Part shown: one piece after another, positions 46,825 through 56,148 of the stretch
How positions within the stretch are numbered: the first letter of the stretch is position 1
Layout: each line of letters starts with the position of its first letter
NCBI GenBank assembly: GCA_019323195.1
Contig: JAHWHQ010000036.1
Coordinates: 2,952-66,951, forward strand
Length of the DNA stretch: 64,000 nucleotides
Reading direction: 5' to 3'
Origin: Candidatus Woesearchaeota archaeon
GTDB taxonomy: Archaea; Nanobdellota; Nanobdellia; Woesearchaeales; JACPBV01
Notes under the pieces: model-generated
Told to the model about the DNA's origin: nothing
The model's database searches: none
What the model saw: only the letters and a program-made list of their open reading frames with translations
Position numbers and translations under genes: made by a program

Positions 46825-47682
46825 AACATTAGGGTATAGGATAAGGAAGGTCGTCAGCGCATATATGGCTGAAGCAAGGAGTATTCTCTTATCTTTTATG
46901 ATGCGGCTTGGGAACCTTGTCTTGTCCGAGCCTGAATAAATCAGGTAAAGATACCTGAGAAGGATGTAAAGGACAAAGGGAAGGGTCAGCAGCAGCTTCT
47001 GGTTATTGCCTAGGAAGCAGTATAATGAATAGGATAATAACAGGGTTGTGGTGCTTATCTGCATTAGGCAGCTTAACAGATCATCGGAATAGAAACGCAT
47101 GGCAGGCCGGTGCTTTTCAGCCTTTTTCCTGAGAAAGACGGATTCTGACTTTCTCTTGCCTGTAGCCAGGAAAAGGGCGAGGAAGAATGTTCCGATGATA
47201 AGCCAGGGAGAGACCCAGACCCTTATTATATAGGCGCCTGAAAGGGCCCGTATCACGAAATTGGATGATATCACAATTACGTCAATGAAAGGCTCTTTTT
47301 TCAGGAAAAGGGAATATGCAGAGGAGAGGATGAAGAATAAAAGGTCTGCTGCCAGGAAATAAAGGGCAAGGGAGTAGGCAAGGATTATTGATATAATAAA
47401 AAGGAAGGATGCAAGAAGGATGCTGCTTTTTACTGTAACTTCTCCTGTGACTAAAGGCCGTTTTGACTTTTCTTTGTTGTGCCTGTCATTTTCCCTGTCT
47501 GTTATGTCGTTTATGATGTAATTAACAGAGGACATCAGGGATAATGAGATAAAGCCAAGGATGACTGAGAAGAGGTAGTTGATTTGTAGGATATTTCCTG
47601 AAAAGAATACTGCCAGAAAGATAACCAGGTTTTTGTAGTATTGTTCAGGACGGCAGAGCCTTATAAGCGCTTTTATCTTCAT
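46810..47682 (-). CDS. UbiA-family prenyltransferase, decaprenyl-phosphate phosphoribosyltransferase-like subfamily
   Basis: 290 aa with about 8 TM helices. The N-terminal motif CRPEQYYKNLVIF is RPxQxxKN-like. The Asp-rich motif is NDITDRENDRHNKEKSKRPLVTG. The subfamily call is by motif resemblance only. Confidence 0.6.
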   Translation of the reverse strand: MKIKALIRLCRPEQYYKNLVIFLAVFFSGNILQINYLFSVILGFISLSLMSSVNYIINDITDRENDRHNKEKSKRPLVTGEVTVKSSILLASFLFIISIILAYSLALYFLAADLLFFILSSAYSLFLKKEPFIDVIVISSNFVIRALSGAYIIRVWVSPWLIIGTFFLALFLATGKRKSESVFLRKKAEKHRPAMRFYSDDLLSCLMQISTTTLLLSYSLYCFLGNNQKLLLTLPFVLYILLRYLYLIYSGSDKTRFPSRIIKDKRILLASAIYALTTFLILYPNVLPGK

Positions 47683-47725
47683 TGGGCAACTAAATGATAC
47701 GTATTATAAATATTTAACTTTTTTA

Positions 47726-48889
47726 TTATCTGGATATCCTGAACAGCTTTTCATAGAAGTCAACAGTTTTTCTTATGCTGAACTCTTTTATGATGTCTTT
47801 CCTGTCTTTTACATACTTTTTTTTGTTTTTCAGGACTTTAAGGATGGCTGTTGCAATCTCTTTTTCATCCCTTTGCCTTATGATAATCCCCATTCCTGTT
47901 CTTTTTATTGGAATCCTTACACCATATAGGTCAGTGGCAATAATGGGTGTTGAACAGTACATCGATTCTATCTGGACAATGCCGAAGGCTTCAAGAGGGT
48001 CTATGCTCGGCAGGACAAGGACATCGCAGGCAGAGTAGAAATCAGGGAGGTCTTTGTAGTCAATCCTGCCTGTCAGTATGATATTTTTTTTGTACTTGCC
48101 TATTAGAGGCTTTAGCTCATTTATCGTGCTTCCTCCGGCAACCTCTTTATATTCGCCGGCAAGGATGAACCTTGCTCCAGGGTATTTTTTTAATACATAA
48201 GGGATGGACCTTAGAAGATAGGGAAGGCCTTTTTCATAAACAAACCTGCCGCTAAAGCCTATAACCTTTTCCTGTTTTTTTATGCTGTAGGTTTTTCTTA
48301 GGTTTTTTTTCTTATAACTGAAATCATTTTCGTTTATAGGGGGGTAGGTGATCTTTATCTTCTTCAAGAAATATTTTAGCAGTCTTGAATGGACAGCATA
48401 ATCCCTTGTGTATGTTATTATATTCCTGCTTTTTTTAAGGGCTGTTCCTGCAGAAAGGTAATATATCCTTTCCAGGAATCTTCCTGTTATTGTCCTTTCT
48501 AGTTTAAGGTCGCAGTGGTAGGTGGAGAATAATTTCTTTTTTTTAATGAATAATGAGATAAGGCCCGATTCTATCATCGGAAGATGGATGTTCACTATAT
48601 CATAGCCCGGGGAGAGAGACCAGGCCTTTAATACGAATGAAGGCATGAAGACGCCCTTGTTCAGGCGGAAAAGAACTCTACTCCTTATCACATTGACATT
48701 TTTTATCTTTTCTTTCTTGTTGAGGTTTTTATCGTGCCTTGAGGTCAATACTGTGACAGAATGCCCTTTTTTTACCAGCTGTTCTGACAGCCGTTTTACA
48801 TATTCGGAAATACCGCTGCAGTAAGGGTAGTAGTATGGGGTAATCATCAGTATTCTCATTTTTTTTCCTGGTATATCTTTAATTCGCAT
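47726..48889 (-). CDS. Glycosyltransferase family 4 (GT-B)
   Basis: The N-terminus is MRILMITPYYYPYCSGISEYV. The C-terminal motif is EAFGIVQIESMYCSTPIIATD (E-x7-E). Confidence 0.85.
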   Translation of the reverse strand: MRIKDIPGKKMRILMITPYYYPYCSGISEYVKRLSEQLVKKGHSVTVLTSRHDKNLNKKEKIKNVNVIRSRVLFRLNKGVFMPSFVLKAWSLSPGYDIVNIHLPMIESGLISLFIKKKKLFSTYHCDLKLERTITGRFLERIYYLSAGTALKKSRNIITYTRDYAVHSRLLKYFLKKIKITYPPINENDFSYKKKNLRKTYSIKKQEKVIGFSGRFVYEKGLPYLLRSIPYVLKKYPGARFILAGEYKEVAGGSTINELKPLIGKYKKNIILTGRIDYKDLPDFYSACDVLVLPSIDPLEAFGIVQIESMYCSTPIIATDLYGVRIPIKRTGMGIIIRQRDEKEIATAILKVLKNKKKYVKDRKDIIKEFSIRKTVDFYEKLFRISR

Positions 48890-50256
48890 CCATTGACAGT
48901 GCTGTTGAAAACCAATTCGAAACTTTCTGATATCAGGCTGAAAAATTTTTTTGATCTTTCGGGGCAGTCAGGATCATACCTTACGCAGGGGAGGTCGCAG
49001 GAGTTTATAAATATGTATTGGATGTTATTACCTGTCTTTTTGCTTAGCTCTTCTATCCTTTTATTGTCCCATACCTCATAGTACATCAACTCATCTATTT
49101 TTATGTCGTGTACAGCAGAAATAACAGGTGTCGAAGACCAGATATCTCCTTTTACATGCCTGCCTTCCAGGTAGCTATAGAACGCCTTGTATTCTGCAGG
49201 CATAGGGCTTCTTTTGAGGGCATAGCTTACTCCTGCCAGAGAGATTATGCTCTGGAGAATTATGGCAGATATCAGGGCATATCTTAAGGGTTTTTTTAAT
49301 ATTTTTGATACCTCTTCAAATCCACTTCCTGAAAGTATATAGAGAAACGGAAGGAAGATGAGGGAATAGCGCATGTCCTTGCAGTTAAGCATAAAGGAGT
49401 GGTATAGGAAAGGTACCAAGAATGCCAAGAGAAAGATATTCTTTTTTTCTAAAGGATGCTTGAATGCAAGCAGTATAGGGATTACTGCTAGGATTATTAT
49501 GAAGCTGGTTATTAACAGGTTAGATATGTAGAAAAAGGCGCTTGTCGGGCAGTAGTAGTTCCCTACGACGCGGGAGATAAGGTCATTGGCAAATATGAAG
49601 GGGGCAAACAGGTTATTATACAGCACTATATTAGAGATTAGAAAAGGAATAATTAAAACCGAAAAACCCACCATAAATAAAACAGATTTTTTTATTTTAT
49701 CTTTCTTTTCAATTAAGCAGCCCAATATCAATATGGGTATAAGCCAGAGGTATGTAAACTTTGTTAGTACAGCAAGACCCATGAATATTCCGCTTAGTAA
49801 AAACCTTTGCTTTTTTATGAGAAAATAGAATGCCAATAAAGAAAGGAACATTGCAGCTATGTCAACAGCCATCTTATTTGTGAAATAAATTATGCTTATG
49901 TTAATAGAGAAAAGGAAACAGAACAAAAGGGCGGTTTTATCATCATTTAGGCAGTTTATTAACTCATACAGCAGGTAAATTGAGGAAGATGCTAATAAAA
50001 TATTTATTAGTGAACTAAAAAGAAGAGCATTTAATCCGATCTTCCATACAAAACCCATCAAAATAGGCCAGAGAAGAGGTCTTGCAGGCTCCCATAGGCC
50101 TATTTTGCCTAAGGAGAATATATATTTTCCCATGCCTATGTAAACTGCAGAATCCCATAGAATATCTTTTTGGTTAAATGAATAAAAAATGTTTATTAAT
50201 AAGAAACCTAAGAGAATTATATAAATAATAATTCTTTTGGTTTTGCGTAGTTTCAT
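48856..50256 (-). CDS. GT-C fold membrane glycosyltransferase (PMT/ArnT-like, PMT_2 family), paralog 1
   Basis: 466 aa with about 11 TM helices. The first-loop motif is ILWDSAVYIGMGKYIFS. It has a C-terminal soluble domain. It is paralogous to the next gene. Confidence 0.55.
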   Translation of the reverse strand: MKLRKTKRIIIYIILLGFLLINIFYSFNQKDILWDSAVYIGMGKYIFSLGKIGLWEPARPLLWPILMGFVWKIGLNALLFSSLINILLASSSIYLLYELINCLNDDKTALLFCFLFSINISIIYFTNKMAVDIAAMFLSLLAFYFLIKKQRFLLSGIFMGLAVLTKFTYLWLIPILILGCLIEKKDKIKKSVLFMVGFSVLIIPFLISNIVLYNNLFAPFIFANDLISRVVGNYYCPTSAFFYISNLLITSFIIILAVIPILLAFKHPLEKKNIFLLAFLVPFLYHSFMLNCKDMRYSLIFLPFLYILSGSGFEEVSKILKKPLRYALISAIILQSIISLAGVSYALKRSPMPAEYKAFYSYLEGRHVKGDIWSSTPVISAVHDIKIDELMYYEVWDNKRIEELSKKTGNNIQYIFINSCDLPCVRYDPDCPERSKKFFSLISESFELVFNSTVNGCELKIYQEKK

Positions 50257-50295
50257 ATTGTATTGAAAAAACTTTTATAACTAAAGGTAATTTTC

Positions 50296-51810
50296 TTATT
50301 TCTGCCTTTTGCTTAAATAAATATGATAGGCTCTATCTCCATATATCTCAGAAAATACAAGTTCATTTTCATCTTCTATAAGCTTGAACAAACTGTTCAA
50401 TCTTTTCTTACATTCTTTATCTCCGTTGGAACAATAAAATGATTCTGGAATAAGAATTATGGCGAAGGTTTCATTCCTGTGGAGGGCATAGACCTTATGT
50501 CCTAGATCAGGGGAAAAAAAGAATGGCACAAATTTAGCATCTACATAAACTGCAGGAACAGGATCTGTTGTTAATATTGCTCCTTTAATCTCTTTATCCA
50601 CAAAAAACTTATAGTAATCTCCTACAATTGGCAATTCCTCTTTTAGTCTCCAATTATAGTAATTTAAGTCCCTGTTAATAACTCCAACTAAGGATATAAT
50701 GACAAAAATAACTATCGCAATTCTTATCCTATCTTTTTTTGAATGAAGAAACGAGTAATAAAAACCATAGGCTGCGATTAAAGATGCATAAGGCAAAAAG
50801 ACAATCAAAAACCTTGTTTGCTTGTTTGATATATATGTAAAATAGAGGAAATAAATAAAAAATGTTGCTACAATAACATTAAAGGATTCCCTCTTTTTAA
50901 TCTTTTTACTTAAAATAAATATTAAACCGGGGATTATGAAAATGAATAATGTATTTTCTTTTAATAGCTCGATAACATAATAAAAAATATTATAAAGATA
51001 TGAAACCCATGTTCCGGTGATTATACTTTCTGCAGGATTAAATTGCGCCCATGTACCAAGTATCCATGGCCTAAATAAAGCATGATAAATCCTCGAAGTT
51101 TCTTTGTTATAAATGAAATAATTAAAGATCAGGAAAGGGATATGGCTCAATAAAAAACCAAATGAGAATAAGGAAGATTTTTTTAAGAAGGATTTCATAT
51201 CTCTATCCCTTAATAAAGAAATAAAAAGTGCTAGAATAAAAGATATGCCTATAAGGGCCTGTGGAAATCTGAATAAAGCACCTATCCCGCATAAAATGCC
51301 TGCTACTAACAGATTGTGCTTTTTCAAATAAACATATATTCCAAATAAGACAAAAAATGTTGAAGGTATTCCTGTAAGGATATAATTTGTGTAAAGGAAA
51401 AATACTGATGTGATTGCTAAAATTGATGATGAAATAACTCCAACCTCTTTATTAACCATCTCTTTGCCGATTAGGTAAGTGAAAATGATACAACCTACTG
51501 AGAATAAGATAGAAATAAATTCTGAAAAAAGAACATAATTAAATCCTGATTTCCATATTAGTCCTAAGATTAAAGGGAGGCCAATCGGTCTTACAATCTC
51601 CCAAAAACCAAGATTGCCGGAAGAAAAAAGATATTTGCCCATCCCCATATATACTGCTTCATCCCATATGATGTTATGGGCTTTTAATAGATAAGGGGCC
51701 TTAATCAGGAAAAACAGGATTACCAGTACTAGGATTAGATAATTATCTTTTATGAAATCCTTTACCTTCTCCCTAAGAACAGATATCCTCTTCATCTTTA
51801 AAAGAATCAC
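50296..51810 (-). CDS. GT-C fold membrane glycosyltransferase (PMT/ArnT-like), paralog 2
   Basis: 504 aa. The first-loop DE motif is IIWDEAVYMGMGKYLFSS. It has about 11 TM helices and a C-terminal soluble domain. The region is very AT-rich. Confidence 0.55.
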   Translation of the reverse strand: MILLKMKRISVLREKVKDFIKDNYLILVLVILFFLIKAPYLLKAHNIIWDEAVYMGMGKYLFSSGNLGFWEIVRPIGLPLILGLIWKSGFNYVLFSEFISILFSVGCIIFTYLIGKEMVNKEVGVISSSILAITSVFFLYTNYILTGIPSTFFVLFGIYVYLKKHNLLVAGILCGIGALFRFPQALIGISFILALFISLLRDRDMKSFLKKSSLFSFGFLLSHIPFLIFNYFIYNKETSRIYHALFRPWILGTWAQFNPAESIITGTWVSYLYNIFYYVIELLKENTLFIFIIPGLIFILSKKIKKRESFNVIVATFFIYFLYFTYISNKQTRFLIVFLPYASLIAAYGFYYSFLHSKKDRIRIAIVIFVIISLVGVINRDLNYYNWRLKEELPIVGDYYKFFVDKEIKGAILTTDPVPAVYVDAKFVPFFFSPDLGHKVYALHRNETFAIILIPESFYCSNGDKECKKRLNSLFKLIEDENELVFSEIYGDRAYHIYLSKRQK

Positions 51811-52471
51811 AAATAATTTTTTTTAATTCTTTGTTATTAACTATACCCGTATATTTTTTACCTTCAATAATCAGTGTTGGATACTCTGTTATTTTATATT
51901 GATTTTTTAAAATGTTTATTACTGGTTCAGTTGTTCCATAGTCACAATCTATGGGAAAAACCAATAATTTATCGCCAAAAGTCTTTTTAAAATAAGTAAG
52001 AATAATTCCTTGATCCGGGCATATTGGGCAGTTTTTTTCAGAATAAAGATATACTATATTGACTACATCCAAATCACATTCTTCTTTTGTTTTTTTAGCC
52101 AGTAGCCAATATTTAAGATTATCCAGGATGTACCTCCTACCTGCCAATTCGTATTCTTTCTTATTAATTTTTGTGTTTTCCTTGTATTTTATAAATGTCT
52201 GTAATGATTCACTAAGATCTCTTACTGATTTTTCCATGGTAGCATGCAGAACAGAACAACTCTCATTTTTATCTTCCAATGTTGTTAAATATAAATATTG
52301 AAACTGAAGACTTAGGTAATCAACCTCATGTTCTCTATTCTCGCTTTCTACCCATTTAACCCTTAAGTTATCGAACAACATACCAGATGTAAGCCCCAAT
52401 ATAAATATAATTGAAGTTAGAATAAAAGCGATAATGTATTTATCCTTGCTAACCTTTCTTTCAACAGCCAT
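51773..52471 (-). CDS. Membrane-anchored thioredoxin-fold CxxC protein
   Basis: One N-terminal TM helix (IIAFILTSIIFILGLTSGMLF) followed by a soluble domain with NCPICPD (CxxC) and a second Cys pair (CDYG...C). The family is not firmly identified. Confidence 0.4.
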   Translation of the reverse strand: MAVERKVSKDKYIIAFILTSIIFILGLTSGMLFDNLRVKWVESENREHEVDYLSLQFQYLYLTTLEDKNESCSVLHATMEKSVRDLSESLQTFIKYKENTKINKKEYELAGRRYILDNLKYWLLAKKTKEECDLDVVNIVYLYSEKNCPICPDQGIILTYFKKTFGDKLLVFPIDCDYGTTEPVINILKNQYKITEYPTLIIEGKKYTGIVNNKELKKIICDSFKDEEDICS

Positions 52472-52510
52472 TTTTATATAACAATTTTTTTACTTATTAT
52501 TTAAAGTTAA

Positions 52511-53791
52511 CTAAAATTTCCATTTATGCTTTTTCTCTAAAAATGTCTCGAAGAAGACTACAACAATAATAAAAGACATTATTATGTAATAAACAAAAAA
52601 ATAGCCTAAAAGAGCCAGGAAATTTCTTTTTTTAATCTTTTCATTAGCATTTTTGAGGGATAAATATATGACACCAAAGGATATTACCAACAATAAGTAT
52701 AAGATTATTATCTTCTCCAAATCAAGATTTAACAGCACAAACTTAAAATTTGTTAAGTCTATTATAAAATGCCTTATGTCAAAGTTTAATAAATAAATTT
52801 TTTTAATAAATTCATAGATAGGTTTTAATATATAGAAACTAAAAAAGAACAGGGTTGTTATGCTTACAAAGAAAATAATTATGTTAATGCTCATTTGCAT
52901 AAAACCAAAATCCCCGTATTCCTTATTCCAAATCAATTTTTTGTATTTCAAAATGTTCAAAAAGCTTCCTTTTAACCACCTGTTTCTCTGTTTGTACAAT
53001 CCCCTTAAATTTTTAGGTGTAACCGTATACACATAGCCGTCATAACACTGTTTTATCCTGTAATTATATTTCTGTATCCTGTAAGCTATTTCCTGGTCCT
53101 CTGTTATATTTTTTGTATCAAAACCACCTATCTTTTTAATTACACTCGTTCTATACAGGGAGAAGGGGCCCGGCGCAACATAAATACAGTCAAGATGACT
53201 CATCAATCGGGCAATAAGCAATGAAATTAGGTATTCCAGCCATTGTATCTTCTGTAGAAATGTTTTTGGTGACTTTACTTTCATAGCAGGGGTTACAATA
53301 GCTAAATTCTTATCTTCTTTTTCATATATACTTAACATCTTTTTAGGCGTTTGGGATTCAACAAAAGAATCAGCATCCAAACAAGCAAAAAACTCTCCCT
53401 TTGCTGTTTTTAATGCATTATTGAGCGATTGCGCTTTTCCTTGATTTTTCTGGTTTATTACTCTAATGTTGAACTTTTTATTCTCTTTTATGAATTTACT
53501 TGCTTTCTCTCCAGTTTTGTCTGTACTGCCATCATTAATTATAATAATCTCAAACTTATCTGGAGGGTAATCAATATTTATAACAGATTCTAATGAAGGT
53601 ATGATCGTATCTTCTTCATTAAATGCAGGTATCAAAACAGAGATAAAAGGGAATCTTGAAAGACTAACTTCTTTTTTTTCTTCAACTTTGAAATCCTCTT
53701 TTTTTGCTAGGAATATAATTAACCAATAGATCGTAATATACAAAGATAATGCATATGTTATCCATAATAAGGTGGTTAGCAGGATGTTCAT
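52511..53791 (-). CDS. Membrane-integrated glycosyltransferase family 2 (processive-type: N-terminal TM, GT-A domain, C-terminal TM bundle)
   Basis: It carries VLIPAFNEEDTI, the DxD motif (LDADS) and QRNRW (QxxRW). TM helices flank both sides. The layout is similar to chitin/cellulose-synthase-like GT2. Confidence 0.8.
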   Translation of the reverse strand: MNILLTTLLWITYALSLYITIYWLIIFLAKKEDFKVEEKKEVSLSRFPFISVLIPAFNEEDTIIPSLESVINIDYPPDKFEIIIINDGSTDKTGEKASKFIKENKKFNIRVINQKNQGKAQSLNNALKTAKGEFFACLDADSFVESQTPKKMLSIYEKEDKNLAIVTPAMKVKSPKTFLQKIQWLEYLISLLIARLMSHLDCIYVAPGPFSLYRTSVIKKIGGFDTKNITEDQEIAYRIQKYNYRIKQCYDGYVYTVTPKNLRGLYKQRNRWLKGSFLNILKYKKLIWNKEYGDFGFMQMSINIIIFFVSITTLFFFSFYILKPIYEFIKKIYLLNFDIRHFIIDLTNFKFVLLNLDLEKIIILYLLLVISFGVIYLSLKNANEKIKKRNFLALLGYFFVYYIIMSFIIVVVFFETFLEKKHKWKF

Positions 53792-53827
53792 TTGGCTAAT
53801 ATTATTTTTTTACTTATTTAAATTTTT

Positions 53828-54613
53828 TTAATTCAGGAACTTTTTAATTATATCTGCCTTCTTTTTGTCAATACCCCCTAACCTATAGAGAATTACATTT
53901 CCAACTCTATGTTTTTTTGCTATTCCTAAATCCCTTTTTAATTCCCTGTTTGTCAGCTCTTTTTCATTATTTAGGATGCCTTTTCCTATGACGCCCAATC
54001 CTGCGCAGTAGCTTGTACCGTACTCCTCCCTGCCTTTTGCTATCTGGCTTTCCAGGTAATGCCCTACTGCCCGGTTTTGGACCATGCTGGTGTAGACCAT
54101 GCCTATCTTCTTATGCTTAAACCTTTTAGGGTTAAAGGAAAGCGCCATGAACCTGAACAGAAACCTGAAGAAAAAGCCTTCAAGCGGGTATTCGGCGGTT
54201 ATTATCTCCTTATTGTAGCTGGAGGCCTTTTTTATGAACCCCCTTATAAGAATCCTGTTCCTAAGGAAGTTATGCAGCTCTTTTTTCCAGTTCTCTTTTT
54301 TTATCGGGAATTCAGCATCCCATAGGACTTTTATCTTTTCTTTGCTGTTTTTTAGCTCATCAATGATCCTCTTTAAGGCCTTCCTTCTGGAGAGAGGGCT
54401 CATCCAATAGCCTTCATCTTCTTCCAGGACAGGCCAGTAGATAATGCTCCTTATCTTCTTCCCAAAGCTTTTTTTATCCAAGAGCTGTTTTCTTATCTTC
54501 CTGAAATCTGACAGGCTTTTGGCGGCTATATAAAGGTCTATCGGGAAGCCTATGAGCCTTAGCCTGCCTAGATTTTTTTCATCAGGAAATTCCTCGAAAA
54601 AGCCAATCCTCAT
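53828..54613 (-). CDS. Hypothetical protein (261 aa) in the glycosylation cluster
   Basis: Open frame, co-directional and overlapping the stop of the upstream GT2 by 4 nt. No recognisable motif. Confidence 0.4.
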   Translation of the reverse strand: MRIGFFEEFPDEKNLGRLRLIGFPIDLYIAAKSLSDFRKIRKQLLDKKSFGKKIRSIIYWPVLEEDEGYWMSPLSRRKALKRIIDELKNSKEKIKVLWDAEFPIKKENWKKELHNFLRNRILIRGFIKKASSYNKEIITAEYPLEGFFFRFLFRFMALSFNPKRFKHKKIGMVYTSMVQNRAVGHYLESQIAKGREEYGTSYCAGLGVIGKGILNNEKELTNRELKRDLGIAKKHRVGNVILYRLGGIDKKKADIIKKFLN

Positions 54614-55326
54614 TTTTTATAGTTGAAACTGTAGTGAAAGATGTCCTTTTTTATGGGGCCGAACAAGGTTTTATAAGCAGCAGACAGGACAAGTGCAGAG
54701 CCGACCTTTATCCTGCCGAACTCGTCAAACCTTCTTACAGATGTGTCTATCTTTCTGCTGATTATCCTGAACCTTCCATATCTGCGGCATCTTTTTACGT
54801 AATCATGCTCTTCAAGCAGCCTTATATCCTCATCAAAACCGCCAATCTTCCTGTGGATATCCCTCTTTACCAGGATGCAGCATCCGCCCAATGAGGGGGA
54901 TGTTTTTTCAGAAAGCTTTGTGAAGGTGTTGAATATGCTGAAATATGCCCTGTCAACCAGCCGGTCGCTCATTGGCCTTAAAAAACAGCCGGCAACACCA
55001 AGATCCTTTTTCCTGAATTCCTTAAGAATCCCCCTTATAAAGCCTGGCTTTAGGCAACAGTCAGCGTCAAGAAAAAGAAGAAGGCTGCCTTTTGCTATCT
55101 TGGCGCCGTTGTTCCTGCCTATCCCTGGCCTTTTGCCGCCTTTGACGACCCTGCAGCCGAACTTCCTTGCAATCTGCCTTGTCCTGTCCCTTGAGCTGTT
55201 GTCAGCCACTATTATCTCTATGTTTTTCAGGTTCTGCTTTTTTATTGAGCTGAGCAGAGCAGGGAGGTAATGCTCTTCGTTATATGCAGGTATTATGATG
55301 CTTAGCATGGGGTTTATATCGTGCAT
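54610..55326 (-). CDS. Glycosyltransferase family 2 (Dpm1/GtrB-like, soluble GT-A)
   Basis: Motifs LSIIIPAYNEE, ADNSSRDRT and FLDADC (DxD). Confidence 0.85.
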   Translation of the reverse strand: MHDINPMLSIIIPAYNEEHYLPALLSSIKKQNLKNIEIIVADNSSRDRTRQIARKFGCRVVKGGKRPGIGRNNGAKIAKGSLLLFLDADCCLKPGFIRGILKEFRKKDLGVAGCFLRPMSDRLVDRAYFSIFNTFTKLSEKTSPSLGGCCILVKRDIHRKIGGFDEDIRLLEEHDYVKRCRRYGRFRIISRKIDTSVRRFDEFGRIKVGSALVLSAAYKTLFGPIKKDIFHYSFNYKK

Positions 55327-55366
55327 GGGGGTATATAAATCTATTGGGCAAGATTTATAATATTCT

Positions 55367-56092
55367 TTGCATTACCTTCCTATTATGCCTAATACAATCC
55401 CTACTGGCTCTAAAATCCTGGACAGGATGCTTAACGGGGGGTATGAGAAAGACATAATCACTACAATATACGGGCCTGCAGGGTCAGGGAAGACCATATT
55501 GTGCATGCTCTGCAGCATTAATCTCTGCCGCAACGGCAAGAAGGTAATATATGTCGATACTGAGAATAATTTTTCTGCAGAGAGGCTGAAACAGGTAGCT
55601 GCTTATGATTATAACAAGATACTGGACAGGATAATATTCCTTAAGCCTACATCTTTTGAGGAGCAGATGAAGGCTTTTGACAAGCTAAGGAATGTTGTTG
55701 ACAAGAACATAGGGCTTATAGTTGTCGATACTATAGGGATGCTCTACAGGATAGAGCTGGGGAAGAACGAGGATGTCTATAATGTAAACAGGGAGCTGGG
55801 AAGGCAGATATCCTGCCTTAGCGAGATAGCAAGGAAGAAGCACATACCTGTCTTGTTAGCCAACCAGGTCTATGCGGATTTTGAGAACAAGGGAAAAGTG
55901 AACATAGTAGGGGGGGATCTGCTGAAGTACAGCTCAAAGTGCATGATAGAGCTGCAGGCTACACCTGCAGGGAACAGGAGGGCTCTGCTGAGGAAGCACA
56001 GGTCTATACAGGCTGACCAGGAAATCACCTTTAAGATAGTTGAGGGCGGCATCATAGGGACAAGGGAGGGGAAGGGGTTCAGGCTTTTTTGA
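55367..56092 (+). CDS. radB: RadB (RecA/RadA-paralog ATPase)
   Basis: IPTGSKILDRMLNGGYEKDIITTIYGPAGSGKT (Walker A) and LIVVDT (Walker B). It is about 235 aa with no N-terminal HhH domain. KaiC-like is the alternative. Confidence 0.7.
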   Translation: MHYLPIMPNTIPTGSKILDRMLNGGYEKDIITTIYGPAGSGKTILCMLCSINLCRNGKKVIYVDTENNFSAERLKQVAAYDYNKILDRIIFLKPTSFEEQMKAFDKLRNVVDKNIGLIVVDTIGMLYRIELGKNEDVYNVNRELGRQISCLSEIARKKHIPVLLANQVYADFENKGKVNIVGGDLLKYSSKCMIELQATPAGNRRALLRKHRSIQADQEITFKIVEGGIIGTREGKGFRLF

Positions 56093-56148
56093 ACATAAGT
56101 TTTTTAAACAAAACTCTATTTTCATAGCATATAAACAGAGGCATTAAC

